Below, piece after piece: positions 7,219 through 16,837 of a DNA stretch of 32,000 nt; the first letter of the stretch is position 1, and every line of letters starts with the position of its first letter. Under the pieces are notes generated by a model. That model had not been told where the DNA came from and made no database searches. It was given only the letters and a program-made list of their open reading frames with translations. Source of the stretch: an uncultured Erysipelotrichaceae bacterium. Its GTDB lineage: Bacteria > Bacillota_I > Bacilli_A > Erysipelotrichales > Erysipelotrichaceae. The translations under genes were made by a program, and so were the position numbers. The stretch is from the NCBI GenBank assembly GCA_942492995.1, contig OW818653.1, positions 1,230,001 to 1,262,000 on the forward strand. Reading direction: 5' to 3'.

Positions 7219-8265
7219 TTAAACAACTTTATTTTTCTTAAATATCCCAACTAAGTTACTTAAGAACACAAAACTTTGTGTCATTTTATCACTTGTCCCG
7301 AAGTTAAGTATAAAATGGATATCATTTATTGGATCATAGAAACAATGTGTCGATAATATTCCAATATGTCCAATCAAACGAGGGAAATTACGCATCAGAA
7401 AGAAGAATCCTTCAAAACGTATTTGCATCATACCCATACCATAATGAATTCCAGGTCTAAATACACCTTGCCAAACTTGCATTTGTTCTAAATGATTTTT
7501 TGTGATTAATTTTCCACTATACAATAATTTTTGGAATGTTAATAAATCATTTGGCGTTGAGACAATCCCCCCATCCGCTTGATCACAAGTTAAACTATTA
7601 AAAAGTTTAATATCAGTCTTTCCAAAATAGATTGATTCTGGAACCATCGCATGTTCAGTTGGATATCGATAGATCATAGATTGTGTATTTAATAATCCAA
7701 ATGGTTTAAACAACTCTTCATCCAATAAGATATGTATGGGTTTTCCCTTTATCGTTTCAATACACATTAGAACCAACATAAACGCTGTATCACCATAATT
7801 AAACTTCTCTCCACGTTCTCCAACGGGCTTTAGATTAGAACGCGCAAAATCGACTATATCTTCTCTATTCCATGCTTTATCTGGACGATTCACGACTAAA
7901 TCCGTAAATTTAACTCCCCGTTTATCTTTGCCTTCAAAATAATCGCTCGCGCCACTTCGATGTGTTAAACAGTCGCGTAATGTGATTAATGAATGCTCAG
8001 ATAAGAATAGTCCTTCAAGGTTAGATTTATCTAGATACTTAATTAAAGGATCATCTAAACTAAGAAGTCCTTCTTCCACAAGTCTTAATGTATACACTGT
8101 TGAGATTAATTTACCGATACTCGCGATATGGAATAATTTGTGTTTGGAATTAGGTGGATACTCAATATGGATGTCTTTCGATTCAGATTCGATAAGAATT
8201 TGTAGTGGAAAAATACCTTGTTTAGACTCTACCTTCTTGAGTAATTTCTCAATCGCTTGATCCAT
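7219..8265 (-). CDS. Beta-lactamase-fold serine hydrolase (class C / esterase-like), cytoplasmic
   Basis: 348 aa. The SxxK nucleophile motif is ASIGKL. The second motif reads NYGD where class-C-type enzymes usually have YxN. No signal peptide is visible. An AAGAGG RBS is present, and the start lies 1 nt after the upstream stop. Confidence 0.75.
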   Translation of the reverse strand: MDQAIEKLLKKVESKQGIFPLQILIESESKDIHIEYPPNSKHKLFHIASIGKLISTVYTLRLVEEGLLSLDDPLIKYLDKSNLEGLFLSEHSLITLRDCLTHRSGASDYFEGKDKRGVKFTDLVVNRPDKAWNREDIVDFARSNLKPVGERGEKFNYGDTAFMLVLMCIETIKGKPIHILLDEELFKPFGLLNTQSMIYRYPTEHAMVPESIYFGKTDIKLFNSLTCDQADGGIVSTPNDLLTFQKLLYSGKLITKNHLEQMQVWQGVFRPGIHYGMGMMQIRFEGFFFLMRNFPRLIGHIGILSTHCFYDPINDIHFILNFGTSDKMTQSFVFLSNLVGIFKKNKVV

Positions 8266-8266
8266 A

Positions 8267-8995
8267 TTAACCTCTTTTTCTTATCGCAAGCTTTAGCACC
8301 TGCTTAGGACAAATATTCTCACATTCCGCACAATTAATACAATCATATGATTCGATGGTTCCTTTTTTCAATTCATTCATCACATCAATACTCATTGGAC
8401 ATGCTTTATTACATTTTGAACATGATATACACGCACTTGGATTTGATTGTATACGTAGTTGCGGTATATTCAATTTATCCCCAATCCATGAACCAGCAAC
8501 AAGAAATGGAGACATCCAACAGATTGAATGACAAGCACCTCGTTTACCTATAACTAATGTAAGAATTACGAGTGTAAATAACACGGCATAATATGTAATG
8601 AATTTAAATGGTTCATCGACTGAAATGATTGATTCAGTCATATAGAAAGGATTGATTGAAATGTTGGAGGACACAATAAATCCAATAATCAACGCAGTAA
8701 ACCATAATCCAAAAATAGAATAACGTATGATTCGTAATTTCTTAATGTTCACATTTCGACTATTGATTTTCTCTGAATAATCCGCGATTGTGGAAACTGG
8801 ACAGAGATACGAACACCATGTTCTACGAAAGAATACAGAAGTACTTAATAATGCAATAAATAAAAGAACACTCCCTGCCACAACCCCATTAAATGCGGCT
8901 GTAACACTCACATAGGGCGAGAAATAGTTCAACGTTAATGGGAATAACAAGAAACACATAAACGCAATTGTACGTCGAATTTGAAGCTTATTCAT
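8267..8995 (-). CDS. NapH/MauN-like membrane-bound 4Fe-4S (polyferredoxin) protein
   Basis: 242 aa with about 4-5 TM helices. Membrane-proximal motifs are CSYLCP and CHSICW. The C-terminus has two ferredoxin motifs, CISCSKCNKACP and CINCAECENICP. Confidence 0.8.
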   Translation of the reverse strand: MNKLQIRRTIAFMCFLLFPLTLNYFSPYVSVTAAFNGVVAGSVLLFIALLSTSVFFRRTWCSYLCPVSTIADYSEKINSRNVNIKKLRIIRYSIFGLWFTALIIGFIVSSNISINPFYMTESIISVDEPFKFITYYAVLFTLVILTLVIGKRGACHSICWMSPFLVAGSWIGDKLNIPQLRIQSNPSACISCSKCNKACPMSIDVMNELKKGTIESYDCINCAECENICPKQVLKLAIRKRG

Positions 8996-9530
8996 TATTC
9001 TTCTCCTTTAACTTAATAATTGTTTCTTTTGACCATTCAAGATACGCAGAGTTTGTCTTAATCCCAAAATCGATTACAGATAGTACATCAGAGTGATTAT
9101 GAAATGGGTCATCAATCGATTCTAATTCTTTTTTAAATTGGTTCAAGATAAAGAGTTCTTGTTTATGTTGAAGTTCGAATTGCTGGATATGATTAATCAT
9201 AATTTCAGGTTCCACAATTCCCGCAAAATAGCGTTTCAATAAAATCTCTAAACGAAAGGACTCCGTATCTGGACGAATCATCAACCATTGTTTTAACTCT
9301 TCATATCCAAGCTGGGTGATACGATACAACTGTTTACCACGTTCAGATTCAAGTTCAATACATTCGATTAAACCATCTTCTATCATTTTTTTTAATTCAG
9401 GATAAATTTGTCCATACGATTCATTCCAAAAGAACTTAAAACGGATATCGATTATTTTCTTAATGTCATATCCACTTAATGGATTTTCAGTTAATAAACC
9501 TAATATGACATATTGAGTCTTACGCGCCAT
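8988..9530 (-). CDS. PadR-family transcriptional regulator
   Basis: MARKTQYVILGLLTENPLSGYDIKK...YGQIYPELKKMIEDGLI is the PadR winged-helix signature. The track start at 9554 is a TTG; the ATG at 9530 gives the usual PadR N-terminus. Neither start has a strong SD, so the start is uncertain by 8 codons. The stop overlaps the next ATG by 8 nt. Confidence 0.85.
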   Translation of the reverse strand: MARKTQYVILGLLTENPLSGYDIKKIIDIRFKFFWNESYGQIYPELKKMIEDGLIECIELESERGKQLYRITQLGYEELKQWLMIRPDTESFRLEILLKRYFAGIVEPEIMINHIQQFELQHKQELFILNQFKKELESIDDPFHNHSDVLSVIDFGIKTNSAYLEWSKETIIKLKEKNNE

Positions 9531-9532
9531 GA

Positions 9533-10012
9533 TTAGATAATCGATCTTGCCCAATTAATCGCAAGATTTCTTGAACTTTCTTGATTATCTTTGACACTTA
9601 CCAAGCCTAATCCACTTACATATGTATTACGTAGATTTATAATCTCTTTAGCCCGTTCTTCAGCGCGACTTGCGCCACCGTCATGAGTATAGAAATACGC
9701 AATCTTCTTATTATTTAATTGTGGGTGATCTAAAAATGCACGAACAGGTGGTGCATATGTACCTGCCCAAATTGGTGTTCCTAACCAGATAAAATCATAC
9801 TCATCTAAATTCACATTGATTGGTTCTAATTCTGGGATTGATCCCATCACAACTTGAGCTCCACCCCAAACAAATTTACTAAAGCCTTTTGACTTTAATT
9901 CTTTAACGGGCTTTAATCTTACACAATCTAACTCAAACTCTTCATGTAATACATTCGCAATAATTTCTGTTGTTCCTTCAAATGAATAATATACGATTAA
10001 TCCTTTTGGCAT
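9533..10012 (-). CDS. Flavodoxin-family protein
   Basis: MPKGLIVYYSFEGTTEIIA... (flavodoxin phosphate-binding loop region) and WLGTPIWAGT. I chose ATG 10012 because GGAGA lies 5 nt upstream; the track start at 10024 has no RBS. Confidence 0.85.
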   Translation of the reverse strand: MPKGLIVYYSFEGTTEIIANVLHEEFELDCVRLKPVKELKSKGFSKFVWGGAQVVMGSIPELEPINVNLDEYDFIWLGTPIWAGTYAPPVRAFLDHPQLNNKKIAYFYTHDGGASRAEERAKEIINLRNTYVSGLGLVSVKDNQESSRNLAINWARSII

Positions 10013-10037
10013 AGTGCTCTCCATATATATATCAATT

Positions 10038-10067
10038 ATATATCTATTAGATATATATTAGATATAT
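10038..10067 (-). promoter_or_regulatory. AT-rich inverted repeat plus tandem 11-mer in the flavodoxin-PadR operon promoter (candidate PadR operator)
   Basis: ATATATC-TATTA-GATATAT (10038-10056) is a perfect 7-5-7 inverted repeat. TATTAGATATA occurs twice in tandem (10045-10055 and 10056-10066). The element lies 26-55 nt upstream of the flavodoxin ATG. Confidence 0.45.
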
Positions 10068-10091
10068 AATAAATTGAGATTATATTAATGT

Positions 10092-10117
10092 CAAACAAAA
10101 AAAGCACAATGTGCTTT
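10092..10117 (-). terminator. Rho-independent terminator after the 132-aa membrane protein gene
   Basis: Minus-strand RNA: AAAGCAC-AUU-GUGCUUU followed by UUUUGUUUG, starting directly after the stop codon at 10118-10120. Confidence 0.7.
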
Positions 10118-10516
10118 CTATTTATCGACTGTTATTCGGTTTAATAAATTATTACCAATTAATGTACTAAAAATAAATACCAATATGGCTAAGAATGTTG
10201 AATCTAACAATTCTATAGGAAACATACCCGTTAACCAAAGATATCGATAAAAGACAATCGCTAAGAGTCCATCTGTCATGAACATGAGTATAAAAATTCC
10301 TAATAAATATACCCATTTCTTACGCAATAGAATTAGTTTATCTAACTTTTCGATTAGCCAGTAACACAATTGATAAAGCATAAGATTTATCACAATTCCT
10401 ATAAATGAATAATTTAGATTATAATTATCCATCGCTAACTGCTTAAACACACGTCTTACATATACACTAATAAGTAATACGATCAGAACCCCAATCATTT
10501 GAAATAAACGTTTCAT
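10118..10516 (-). CDS. Small 4-TM membrane protein, unknown function
   Basis: 132 aa with four hydrophobic segments. It starts 12 nt after the upstream ORF and has its own terminator. Confidence 0.55.
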   Translation of the reverse strand: MKRLFQMIGVLIVLLISVYVRRVFKQLAMDNYNLNYSFIGIVINLMLYQLCYWLIEKLDKLILLRKKWVYLLGIFILMFMTDGLLAIVFYRYLWLTGMFPIELLDSTFLAILVFIFSTLIGNNLLNRITVDK

Positions 10517-10528
10517 AATCCCCCTTAA

Positions 10529-10963
10529 TTAAGAATTATCATGTGCTTCCTTAATCTTACCCAACATCATGACTTCCTTAAAATGATAATTATATTGTAT
10601 CGCAATACGTTTAAGTGTGATTAATATTTCTTTTAAGTTGAACTCTATATCAACTGGCTTACTTTTATAACGGTTTATTTTTACATTTCGATAGAGTTGG
10701 TTCCCATGTAAATTATCATTATTTAATTTAAGTCCAAACGTAAATCCCTTATCCTTTTCAGATAATCGTTCTTGTACATAAATCGTTTCATCCTGTTCAT
10801 GAACTCCAATAAACAGTTTGTACTCAATACACTTAATTTTATCGTTCCATTTGTTATTCTGGAATTGTTCATGAATGATTAAATCTGCTTCATCGTTTTT
10901 AAAACATTCGAGTCCTAATCTCGATATCTCTTCTTGGATTGTTTGGATTATATTAGCCTTCAT
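10529..10963 (-). CDS. Hypothetical soluble protein, unknown function
   Basis: 144 aa with no TM helix and no motif I recognise. A strong AAAGGAG RBS lies 5 nt upstream of the ATG. Confidence 0.5.
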   Translation of the reverse strand: MKANIIQTIQEEISRLGLECFKNDEADLIIHEQFQNNKWNDKIKCIEYKLFIGVHEQDETIYVQERLSEKDKGFTFGLKLNNDNLHGNQLYRNVKINRYKSKPVDIEFNLKEILITLKRIAIQYNYHFKEVMMLGKIKEAHDNS

Positions 10964-11043
10964 TCAAACTCCTTTTTGGTAGAGTAAGAGTAGACATAAA
11001 CTGTATCCCAATTATTACACTCATCGAGTGTTTATACAATCAC

Positions 11044-12285
11044 TTACTTGATTACACCAATGTCTGTACGATAAAAACAATGTGACGCATCGATTTTCGC
11101 GATTTCTTGATAGATAGAACTCCGCACTTCATCAAGCGATTTTCCAAGACCAGTTATACTCAATACACGACCACCAACATTGATAAACTGATTATTTTCT
11201 AAGCGTGTTCCCATATGATAGATCGTCGCATTAACGTGATCGAGATTATTGATTGGTAAAGATTTTATGGGATCTGTCGGATAACCGATAGAGGCTAATA
11301 CAACCGTTAGCGCAACTCTAGGATCGATTTCAATTTCAATTGATTCATGATTGATTAAAGCGAAAATAATTTGATCAATCGGAGTTAACAATCTAGGAAG
11401 AATAACTTCTGTCTCAGGATCTCCAAAACGTACATTAAACTCGATGGTTTTAACACCCTGTTTTGTGTCCATCAGGCCACCATATAGAATACCGACAAAT
11501 GGCATACCTAATTCAACCATAGCCTTAGCCATTGGAATCATAACGTTTTCCATCGCTTCATTAACGCTCTTTTCAGAGATTTGCGGAACTGGAGAATATG
11601 CGCCCATGCCACCAGTGTTGGGTCCTAAATCATGATCAAAAGCACGTTTATGATCACGCGCAATCGGTAATGGAATAACACGATCATGATACACAAATGC
11701 CATTAAACTAAATTCTTCACCTTCAAGATATTCTTCGATTACAGTCACATGTGTTTCATTATGATTAGGGTATAGATTTTCTATCGCTTGGATTGCCTCG
11801 AAATCAGTTAAGGCAACTGTAACACCTTTTCCAGCCATCAATCCATCTGCCTTAATGACAATCGGCGCAGGATGAAGTGCTAAATAATCAATCGCTTCTT
11901 GATAGCTTGAAACTGAAACATACTTTGCGGTTGGGATAGAATACTGTTCCATTATTTTCTTCGCAAATGATTTACTGGATTCGAGTTGAGACGCTAATTG
12001 TGTTGGCCCAAAGACTATAATTCCTTTAGATTCCAAATAATCCACAATCCCCATTGATAATGGAGCTTCTGGTCCTATGAACACTAAATCAATCTTTTCT
12101 TGCTTAACAAATTGTTCAATCTTATCAAATTCATTTGCGTTGATTGGGACGATTATCGCCGTATCTGCCATCCCGGCATTTCCTGGCGCAACATATACCT
12201 CTCCAACAGTTGGACTTTGTTTAAAACATTTAGCGAGGGCATGTTCACGACCACCTGACCCAATGATAAGTATTTTACGTTTCAT
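11044..12285 (-). CDS. purD: Phosphoribosylamine-glycine ligase
   Basis: 413 aa. It has the MKILIIGSGGREHAL N-terminus and an ATP-grasp core (GPNTGGMGAYSP), which are unmistakable PurD signatures. Its start shares 1 nt with the purH stop. Confidence 0.96.
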   Translation of the reverse strand: MKRKILIIGSGGREHALAKCFKQSPTVGEVYVAPGNAGMADTAIIVPINANEFDKIEQFVKQEKIDLVFIGPEAPLSMGIVDYLESKGIIVFGPTQLASQLESSKSFAKKIMEQYSIPTAKYVSVSSYQEAIDYLALHPAPIVIKADGLMAGKGVTVALTDFEAIQAIENLYPNHNETHVTVIEEYLEGEEFSLMAFVYHDRVIPLPIARDHKRAFDHDLGPNTGGMGAYSPVPQISEKSVNEAMENVMIPMAKAMVELGMPFVGILYGGLMDTKQGVKTIEFNVRFGDPETEVILPRLLTPIDQIIFALINHESIEIEIDPRVALTVVLASIGYPTDPIKSLPINNLDHVNATIYHMGTRLENNQFINVGGRVLSITGLGKSLDEVRSSIYQEIAKIDASHCFYRTDIGVIK

Positions 12286-13820
12286 TAGTGTTTAAAATGC
12301 CTTTCACCCGTAAATATCATCGCAATCCCTGCTTCATCACAGGCATCAATGGATTCTTGGTCTTTTATTGAACCACCCGGTTGAATGATACATGCGATAC
12401 CATATTGAGCTGCTAATTTAACCGTATCGTTCATCGGAAAGAATGCGTCGCTCGCAAGAATCGCTCCTTTGGTTTTATCACCCGCTTGTTTAAGTGCAAT
12501 TTCAGCTGATCCAATACGATTCATTTGACCTGCACCAATCCCAATTGTTTGTCCATCTTTGACTATCACAATCGCATTTGACTTAACATGTTTAACTACT
12601 TTTTCACCAAATAATGCATCACTTATGTACGTTTGATCAACTTTACGTTCTGTAGGGACAGTCCAATTTTCTACACGTGATGATGTTTTATCGGTTTCTT
12701 GTTTGAGTAATCCACCACTTAATCGTGTAAATGTTTCTTTATATGGTGTTTCAACTTGATTATTTAAACGTAAGACACGTAGGTTCTTTTTCTTTGATAA
12801 ATGTGTTAAAGCATCTTCTGTAAACGATGGCGCAAGAATAATTTCCAAGAAAATCTCGCCTAATTCTTTCGCAATTTCTAATGTGACTTCACGATTAAAT
12901 GCGACAATTCCACCAAATATACTTGTTGGATCTGCCTCGAACGCTTTACGCCAAGATGTATAAATGGTTTCAGAAATTCCAACACCACATGGATTCATAT
13001 GTTTCAATGCCACAACACATGGTTCATTGAATTCAGAAATGATTTGTAAAGCCGCAGCCCCATCCTGAATATTATTATAGGAAAGTTCTTTCCCTTGAAG
13101 TTGTGTACATGACGCAATCGAATCTGCTTCAGGGAATACCGTTGAATAGAATTGTGCTTTTTGGTGAGGATTTTCACCATAACGCAGATTTTGTTTAAGC
13201 ACGAATGTTTCTGTGAAACGTTCAGGATTTTCTTCGTTTACCGCTTCAGTTAAGTACTTCGCAATCACCGCATCATAGGATGCACAAAGTCTAAATACTT
13301 TTGCGGCTTTAGCTTTACGATAGTCTAAGGTAGTTTCATTTAAATTGTCTAACATTTCAATTAAGCTAGGGTAATCGATTGGATCACAAATAACGGTCAC
13401 ATCTTGATGATTCTTTGCGGCACTTCTTAACATTGAAGGTCCACCGATATCAATATTTTCAATTGCCTCTTCGAACGTACAATTCGGTTTAGCGATTGTT
13501 TGTTGGAAAGGGTATAGATTTACGATCACAAAATCAATGGCTTGAATATGTGCTTGTTCAACTTGTGCGACATGTTCAGGGTTATTACGTTGGTAAAGAA
13601 GTCCACCATGAACATTTGGATGTAAGGTTTTAACACGTCCATCTAACATTTCAGCGAATCCTGTAATTTCCTCAATCCCTAATACCTTAAATCCAGCATT
13701 TTGAAGTGATGTCTTAGTTCCACCTGTTGAGATTAATTCAATGTCATGTTTAACCAATGCATGTGCTAATTCGATAATTCCCGCCTTATCACTTACACTT
13801 AATAACGCTCTTCTTTTCAT
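12285..13820 (-). CDS. purH: Bifunctional AICAR formyltransferase / IMP cyclohydrolase
   Basis: 511 aa. Signatures include ALLSVSDKAGI, STGGT, KTLHP.VHGG and the C-terminal FTGERHFKH. Confidence 0.97.
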   Translation of the reverse strand: MKRRALLSVSDKAGIIELAHALVKHDIELISTGGTKTSLQNAGFKVLGIEEITGFAEMLDGRVKTLHPNVHGGLLYQRNNPEHVAQVEQAHIQAIDFVIVNLYPFQQTIAKPNCTFEEAIENIDIGGPSMLRSAAKNHQDVTVICDPIDYPSLIEMLDNLNETTLDYRKAKAAKVFRLCASYDAVIAKYLTEAVNEENPERFTETFVLKQNLRYGENPHQKAQFYSTVFPEADSIASCTQLQGKELSYNNIQDGAAALQIISEFNEPCVVALKHMNPCGVGISETIYTSWRKAFEADPTSIFGGIVAFNREVTLEIAKELGEIFLEIILAPSFTEDALTHLSKKKNLRVLRLNNQVETPYKETFTRLSGGLLKQETDKTSSRVENWTVPTERKVDQTYISDALFGEKVVKHVKSNAIVIVKDGQTIGIGAGQMNRIGSAEIALKQAGDKTKGAILASDAFFPMNDTVKLAAQYGIACIIQPGGSIKDQESIDACDEAGIAMIFTGERHFKH

Positions 13821-14395
13821 TGTTTTTCCTCCAATAATTCCTTTAATACAGCTGGATAAAAGTTGTGTTCTAATGTATGTAATTTCTTCTCAATCTCTTC
13901 ACGAGATTCATCTTTACCTACTACAAACTCGAGTTGTTTGATAATACGACCTGTATCAACACCTTCATCTACATAATGAACCGTAATTCCAAGTAAGGTA
14001 TCATGATTCGCTAATGCTTGACCTAATGCGTCTACACCTCGATATTTTGGCAATAAAGAGGGATGGATATTGATAATATTCTGCTTATACGCATTGAGTA
14101 ATGTTGGTCCAATGATACGCATATAACCTGCTAATACAATCGTATCAACTTCCCATTGTTTTAATTGCGTAAGAATTGATTCTTCCATTTCAATTTTCGT
14201 AGAGTAATCTTTTCTTAAACAATTAAATACAGGAATAGTATGATTCCGTGCACGTTCAATAACATACGCATTTTCTTTATCGACGACACATCCAACGCAT
14301 TCCACATTAAATTGTTTATTCTCAATGGATTGGATAATAGCCTCAAAGTTTGAACCATTCCCCGATGCGAATATCGCAATTCGCTTTAATCCCAT
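13817..14395 (-). CDS. purN: Phosphoribosylglycinamide formyltransferase
   Basis: 192 aa. Signatures include [22 protein letters not shown] and NIHPSLLP. It has an ATGA overlap with purH. Confidence 0.95.
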   Translation of the reverse strand: MGLKRIAIFASGNGSNFEAIIQSIENKQFNVECVGCVVDKENAYVIERARNHTIPVFNCLRKDYSTKIEMEESILTQLKQWEVDTIVLAGYMRIIGPTLLNAYKQNIINIHPSLLPKYRGVDALGQALANHDTLLGITVHYVDEGVDTGRIIKQLEFVVGKDESREEIEKKLHTLEHNFYPAVLKELLEEKQ

Positions 14396-15405
14396 TGGAT
14401 ACCTACTTGATCACTAACTTCTCCAATAATGTTTGCGGTTTCGCCATTTTGACGTAAGAGTTTAAGTGTTTTTTGCGCATCATCTGGTCGAACAATCATA
14501 ATCATACCGATTCCCATGTTGAATACATGGTACATTTCGTCTTCTTCCACATTTCCAAGTTCACTTAAATAATTAAAGATTGAGGGAATTTCCCATGAAC
14601 CTTTCTTTATCTTTAATCCTTGATTAGATTGAATACAACGCGGCATATTTTCATAGAAACCACCACCTGTAATATGCGCAATTCCAGATACACTAACATG
14701 TTGTAAAACATTGAGTACACTCTTAACATAAATGCGTGTTGGGGTTAATAGAACATCCCCAATTGTACGATTCTCAAAGCTTTGATTAAGTTGAATATCA
14801 TTATCTTTGAAGAGTATTTTACGAACTAAACTAAATCCATTTGAATGAATCCCACTACTGCTTAGTCCAATCACCACATCTTTTACTTGTACATTATTAG
14901 GATTGATTAATTTACTCTTCTCCGCAACCCCAACCGTAAATCCTGCGATGTCATATTCTCCATCGTGGTACATATCTGGCATTTCAGCTGTTTCTCCACC
15001 AATAAGTGAACAATCTGCTAATTCACATCCATCCGCTACACCTTTAACGATTGCCTCAATTACAGCTGGATTATTCTTTCCTACTGCAAGGTAATCTAAA
15101 AAGAAAAGTGGCTTTGCGCCTTGAGCCAATACATCATTGACACACATCGCAACGACATCAATCCCAATTGTGTCATGTTTATCCATCATGAACGCAATTT
15201 TAAGTTTCGTACCTACACCATCAGTTCCACTTACAAGAACGGGTTCTTTTATGTTGTGAAGTGATAGATCAAACAATCCACCAAAGGACCCAATATTTTC
15301 CATCATCCCAAGTCTACGTGTACGTTCTGTATGTTTCTTAATACGTTCTACAGATTCATACCCTGATTCTAAACTTACTCCTGCATCTTTATAGTGTTGA
15401 CTCAT
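14386..15405 (-). CDS. purM: Phosphoribosylformylglycinamidine cyclo-ligase (AIR synthetase)
   Basis: I place the start at ATG 15405 ([11 protein letters not shown]..., AGGAGA RBS). The longer track ORF would overlap purF. Signatures include GTDGVGTK and GGETAEMP. Confidence 0.95.
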   Translation of the reverse strand: MSQHYKDAGVSLESGYESVERIKKHTERTRRLGMMENIGSFGGLFDLSLHNIKEPVLVSGTDGVGTKLKIAFMMDKHDTIGIDVVAMCVNDVLAQGAKPLFFLDYLAVGKNNPAVIEAIVKGVADGCELADCSLIGGETAEMPDMYHDGEYDIAGFTVGVAEKSKLINPNNVQVKDVVIGLSSSGIHSNGFSLVRKILFKDNDIQLNQSFENRTIGDVLLTPTRIYVKSVLNVLQHVSVSGIAHITGGGFYENMPRCIQSNQGLKIKKGSWEIPSIFNYLSELGNVEEDEMYHVFNMGIGMIMIVRPDDAQKTLKLLRQNGETANIIGEVSDQVGIQWD

Positions 15406-15412
15406 AGTTCTC

Positions 15413-16837
15413 CTAGAATTTACCATCTTTATTGGCATTTTTGATTTCACCATAAAGGTGTGTTGGATATTGATTACTGAAACATGCTAAACATAAATCA
15501 CGATTTCCAAGGGCTTGTTTTAATCCTTCAATCGATAGAAACGCTAATGAATCTGCCCCGATAATTTTTCGTACTTGTTCGGTATTGTTAAATGCACTAA
15601 TCAATTCTTCATATGTCGATGTATCTACACCGTAGAAACATGGCGCAATAATCTGAGGTGACGCAATACGCATATGCACTTCTTTCGCACCCATATCCTT
15701 TAACATCGCCACAATCTGCTTAGATGTTGTACCACGTACAATTGAATCATCGATGAGTATGACACGTTTACCTGCCACAATTGAACGTACAGGAGATAAT
15801 TTCATCTTAACCCCTTTTTCACGTAAATTCTGTGAAGGTTCGATAAATGTTCTACCTGAATAACGATTCTTGATTAAACCCATTTCATATGGAATATGAC
15901 TTTCTTCCGCATAACCACTAGCGGCAGAGAGTGAAGAATCTGGTACCCCAATTACGATATCTGCTTCAACCGGTGCTTCTTGGGCAAGAATTCTTCCACA
16001 TTCCTTACGTGAACGATGGACATTCATACCTAACAAATCACTATCTGGTCGCGAGAAATAGATGTATTCCATGGCGCAAATTTTATCTTCTGTATCAAAT
16101 GAATAGAATGTACTCTCCATTCCTTTATCAGAGAATGTCACAATTTCGCCTGGTAATATATCTCTAAGAAATTTAGCGCCAATCGCATCAAACGCGCAGG
16201 TTTCTGAGCTTATGACATAACCATTATCGATTGTGCCAATTGAAAGTGGACGTAGTCCATGTTTATCGCGCATAGCGTACAATCGATCTTTAGTTAAGAT
16301 TAGAAACGCAAATGCGCCTTCTAAATAGATCAATGATTCTTTAATCGCATCAATGCGTTTAAGTCTTCCATCTTTTTTTAATAAATGCGCTAGTATTTCA
16401 CTATCCGATGAACTTTGAAAAATACTGCCACTGTTTTCTAAATTACGCTTTAATTGTTCAGAATTAACAATATTCCCATTATGACATAACGCAAAATCAC
16501 CTGCTCCATGTCTAAACAAGAAAGGTTGGACATTTAGAATTCCACCACCACCTGTTGTGGAATAACGTACATGTCCAATAGAATGATTTCCAACCAATTT
16601 CTTAAGTACTGGTTCAGTGAATACACTACGTACACTACCTTCATTCTTTATTCCGATTAATTGCGTTAAATCAGATGTGACAATACCACAGCCTTCTTGA
16701 CCACGATGTTGGAGCGCATGAAGACCATAGTAACTTAAGTTTGAAGCGTTTTCGACATTAAATACACCGAATACTCCACATTCTTCATGTAATTCACGAT
16801 CGTATAATAGACTTATTTCTTGCATGGGATTCCTCAT
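15413..16837 (-). CDS. purF: Amidophosphoribosyltransferase
   Basis: 474 aa. A propeptide precedes the catalytic Cys (HEEC-GVFGV), and the PRPP loop is [13 protein letters not shown]. The start is either ATG 16837 (ATGA overlap with the purC stop) or ATG 16825 (GAGGAA 4 nt upstream). Confidence 0.95.
   Translation of the reverse strand: MRNPMQEISLLYDRELHEECGVFGVFNVENASNLSYYGLHALQHRGQEGCGIVTSDLTQLIGIKNEGSVRSVFTEPVLKKLVGNHSIGHVRYSTTGGGGILNVQPFLFRHGAGDFALCHNGNIVNSEQLKRNLENSGSIFQSSSDSEILAHLLKKDGRLKRIDAIKESLIYLEGAFAFLILTKDRLYAMRDKHGLRPLSIGTIDNGYVISSETCAFDAIGAKFLRDILPGEIVTFSDKGMESTFYSFDTEDKICAMEYIYFSRPDSDLLGMNVHRSRKECGRILAQEAPVEADIVIGVPDSSLSAASGYAEESHIPYEMGLIKNRYSGRTFIEPSQNLREKGVKMKLSPVRSIVAGKRVILIDDSIVRGTTSKQIVAMLKDMGAKEVHMRIASPQIIAPCFYGVDTSTYEELISAFNNTEQVRKIIGADSLAFLSIEGLKQALGNRDLCLACFSNQYPTHLYGEIKNANKDGKF

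Noticed and set aside
10025-10090. Short AT-rich direct repeats that might suggest a CRISPR or minisatellite array.
   Set aside because: There are only two 11-bp units, with no spacers and no cas genes. The position fits a promoter or operator, so I reported it as a regulatory element instead.
11011-11030. The hairpin ACACTC-GAT-GAGTGT after purD, as a possible pur operon terminator.
   Set aside because: The stem is 6 bp and is followed by AAUAAUU rather than a U-run. That is too weak to call a terminator, so I only mention it in the finding on the downstream cassette.
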